DNA of 64,000 bases from an uncultured Actinomycetota bacterium (GTDB taxonomy: Bacteria; Actinomycetota; Actinomycetes; JAHEKZ01), in the NCBI GenBank assembly GCA_963743915.1, contig CAVURN010000005.1, positions 192,001 through 256,000 of the forward strand, in the 5' to 3' direction. Positions 61,974 through 64,000 of this stretch are shown in pieces (position 1 is the first letter of the stretch; every line of letters starts with the position of its first letter). Made by a program: the position numbers and the translations under genes. The notes beneath the pieces were generated by a model, which had not been told where the DNA came from, searched no databases, and saw only the letters and a list, made by a program, of their open reading frames with translations.

Positions 61974-62350
61974 CCCGCAACGCGGACGAGGCGTGGGATC
62001 TGCTGCTCGCCGTCGAGAGCGGGCAGGTCACCTACTCGGAGGTGCGCCGTGAGGTGGAGGAGCGGCTGGGCGAGGCCCGCTCGGCAGCGAGCACCGGCAC
62101 CGTCCTGGCTCGGGTCGAGGCGGTCAACCATCTGCATGCCGGACGCCTGACCGAGGCCGCCGAGGCCGCCGAGGTCTCGCTCAGCTGGCACCGCAGCCGC
62201 GAGGAGCAGTCGGACGCCTGGGTGACGCTCGCTCGCGTCTACCGGGCCGAGGGCAGGGCTGCGTCGATGGACGAGGCGCTGAGCCAGGCCTCCCACCTGT
62301 GGCCGGAGAACCCCCGGCTGCGCACCCTCGCGGATGTGCCGACGTCATGA
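61970..62350 (+). CDS. TPR-like helical protein (separate gene or SdhB C-terminal extension)
   Basis: AWVTLARVYRAEGR...A..LWPENP helix-turn-helix repeat; ATGA junctions at both ends. Confidence 0.55.
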   Translation: MTRNADEAWDLLLAVESGQVTYSEVRREVEERLGEARSAASTGTVLARVEAVNHLHAGRLTEAAEAAEVSLSWHRSREEQSDAWVTLARVYRAEGRAASMDEALSQASHLWPENPRLRTLADVPTS

Positions 62351-62640
62351 GCCCGCGGCTGCTCGACGGAGAGGAGGTCGAGCGACAGCTGGCCGACCTT
62401 CCCGGTTGGACCAGCGACGGGCAGAGCCTGTACACCAGCCTGGACTTCCCCACCTTCCTCGACGCCATCGCGGCGGTCGACGCGATCGCAGCCGACGCCG
62501 AGCAGATGGACCACCACCCCGACATCGACATCCGCTGGCGCACGCTCCGCATCACGTTGTCGACGCACTCGGCCGGTGGGATCACCCAGCTCGACATCGA
62601 GATGGCCCACCGCATCCGGGCGCACTCACCGAGCGCCTAG
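62347..62640 (+). CDS. Pterin-4-alpha-carbinolamine dehydratase
   Basis: AEQMDHHPDIDIRW, LSTHSAGGITQLD. Confidence 0.92.
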   Translation: MSPRLLDGEEVERQLADLPGWTSDGQSLYTSLDFPTFLDAIAAVDAIAADAEQMDHHPDIDIRWRTLRITLSTHSAGGITQLDIEMAHRIRAHSPSA

Positions 62641-62654
62641 GTGAAGACGCACCG

Positions 62655-63095
62655 TCAGCCGACGATCAGGTCGAACTCCATGTCGTCGTTGTGCGGGTCG
62701 CAGACGACGCGGTAGCTGCCGGCGGTCAAGCGAAGCTTGAACACCCAGCGACCCGTCCCCCGCACGGTTGTCGCGATGGACTTTCCATTGCCGTACAGGT
62801 GCCAGTTGTGTCGTACCGTCGAGTCGCGGACCACGATCCGGTAGCGGCCCGGGCTGGGTGTCCGGTCACTGATCTCGATGTCGCGGTCGTCGTTCACGAT
62901 GCCGACCAGCTTGGGGAGAGTCCCGGCCCTGTTGCTCTTGGCGAGGCTGACGTCCTCACCGCGGTGTCCCGCATCTGTGTGATCCAGGTGACCGGACTCT
63001 GCGGACGCCATGCCGATGGCGCCGGCGACAAGCGCAGCGGCTGCCGCTGACGAGATGAGCAACGAGGAGAGCCTCACCCCGTCAACGGTAGCCAT
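62655..63095 (-). CDS. Secreted cupredoxin-like protein
   Basis: Signal peptide; HNWH and CDPHNDDM type-1 copper ligand pattern; exact start uncertain. Confidence 0.72.
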   Translation of the reverse strand: MATVDGVRLSSLLISSAAAAALVAGAIGMASAESGHLDHTDAGHRGEDVSLAKSNRAGTLPKLVGIVNDDRDIEISDRTPSPGRYRIVVRDSTVRHNWHLYGNGKSIATTVRGTGRWVFKLRLTAGSYRVVCDPHNDDMEFDLIVG

Positions 63096-63159
63096 CCCCA
63101 GGCCCCACGTGTCGCAAGTTCACTAGGGTGGCCCACAGGCCGATCGCGAAGGGAACGCC

Positions 63160-63507
63160 GTGAGCACACCGGCAGGTTGGTACCCAGATCCTGACGATCC
63201 CGCGTCCCAGCGCTTCTTCGACGGCACGCAATGGACCGAGCAGCGGATGCCGGCCGCACAACCTGGGTTCGAGTCACCACCCGCCGAAGGACCCTCGACG
63301 CCGGGCAACGGACTGTCGATCGCGGCCATCGCCTGCGGCATCGTGGCCTTGCTCATCTGTCCGATCTTGCTCGGTCCTGCCGGGATCGTCCTGGGCGTCA
63401 TGGCCCTGCGCCGCGACGAAAGCCTCGCGAAAGTGGGCATCGGCGTCGCCGTGGGGGGCATGATCGGCGGCTTCGTCCTCGGAGCCGTCCTCGCATCGAC
63501 GAGCTGA
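63160..63507 (+). CDS. DUF2510/DUF4190-like membrane protein
   Basis: PAGWYPDP...RFFDGTQWT followed by hydrophobic segments. Confidence 0.8.
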   Translation: MSTPAGWYPDPDDPASQRFFDGTQWTEQRMPAAQPGFESPPAEGPSTPGNGLSIAAIACGIVALLICPILLGPAGIVLGVMALRRDESLAKVGIGVAVGGMIGGFVLGAVLASTS

Positions 63508-63508
63508 C

Positions 63509-64000
63509 ATGCCCGAGAACTACTTCGACGAAGCGGTGGCCGCAGGCTACGACGACGACTGCGACGACCTCGACCCCGCGGTGCTCGAGCAGACGGTCGA
63601 CTTCCTGGTCGACCACGCACGCGGTGGTGACGCGCTCGAGCTCGGCATCGGGACCGGTCGGGTGGCTCTGCCCCTCGCCGGCCGAGGAGTCTCCGTGCGT
63701 GGCATCGACCTCTCGGCCCCCATGGTCGCGAGGTTGCGGGCGAAGCCGGGTGGCGCGGATATCGAGGTGATCCTCGATGACTTCGCGCACGCGAAGGTCG
63801 CCGGCTCCTTCCGACTCGCCTACCTCGTGTTCAACACCATCACGAACCTCACCAGCCAGGACGAGCAGGTCGCGTGCTTCAGGAACGTCGCCGATCACCT
63901 CGAACCAGGCGGGCGCTTCGTCATCGAGGTGTTCGTGCCGATCCTTCAGCGGCTTCCCCGGGGTGAGACCACGCGCATCTTCCATCAGGACGCGCAGGGG
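63509..64000 (+). CDS. Class I SAM-dependent methyltransferase (partial, runs off window end)
   Basis: ALELGIGTGRVALPL, GIDLSAPMV, YLVFNTITNL, LEPGGRFV. Confidence 0.88.
   Translation, partial: MPENYFDEAVAAGYDDDCDDLDPAVLEQTVDFLVDHARGGDALELGIGTGRVALPLAGRGVSVRGIDLSAPMVARLRAKPGGADIEVILDDFAHAKVAGSFRLAYLVFNTITNLTSQDEQVACFRNVADHLEPGGRFVIEVFVPILQRLPRGETTRIFHQDAQG

Overview
High-GC actinobacterial chromosomal segment, apparently a long-read consensus with scattered single-base indels that split secA, oppA/B/D and several chemoreceptor genes. Most of the window is conserved actinobacterial core: NAD-glutamate dehydrogenase (partial), pruA, WS/DGAT, the SAF/MinD-like/HTH/Rv3235 cluster, secA, a ycaQ-like glycosylase, hpf, comF, mtrAB-lpqB, a DUF4129/DUF4350/MoxR/DUF58 operon, vanW, mshB, an S9 peptidase, an opp ABC transporter, typA and a Rv0250c-Rv0247c-type succinate dehydrogenase operon. 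The standout is a ~13 kb chemosensory locus (31054-43905, minus strand): cheW, five tandem chemoreceptors, a CheA-receiver hybrid and a REC-GAF regulator, with no cheR or cheB. The five receptors have divergent multi-pass membrane sensor domains fused to a ~860 bp signalling cassette that is almost nucleotide-identical in all five copies and has a strongly G/T-skewed codon usage. Five intergenic gaps in the locus each carry a sigma28 (FliA/WhiG)-like promoter with an exact 15-nt spacer, and three of them overlap BldM-like boxes. PafBC-type DNA-damage promoters precede the HNH and ycaQ-like genes. All family assignments come from motifs read by eye; no searches were run.
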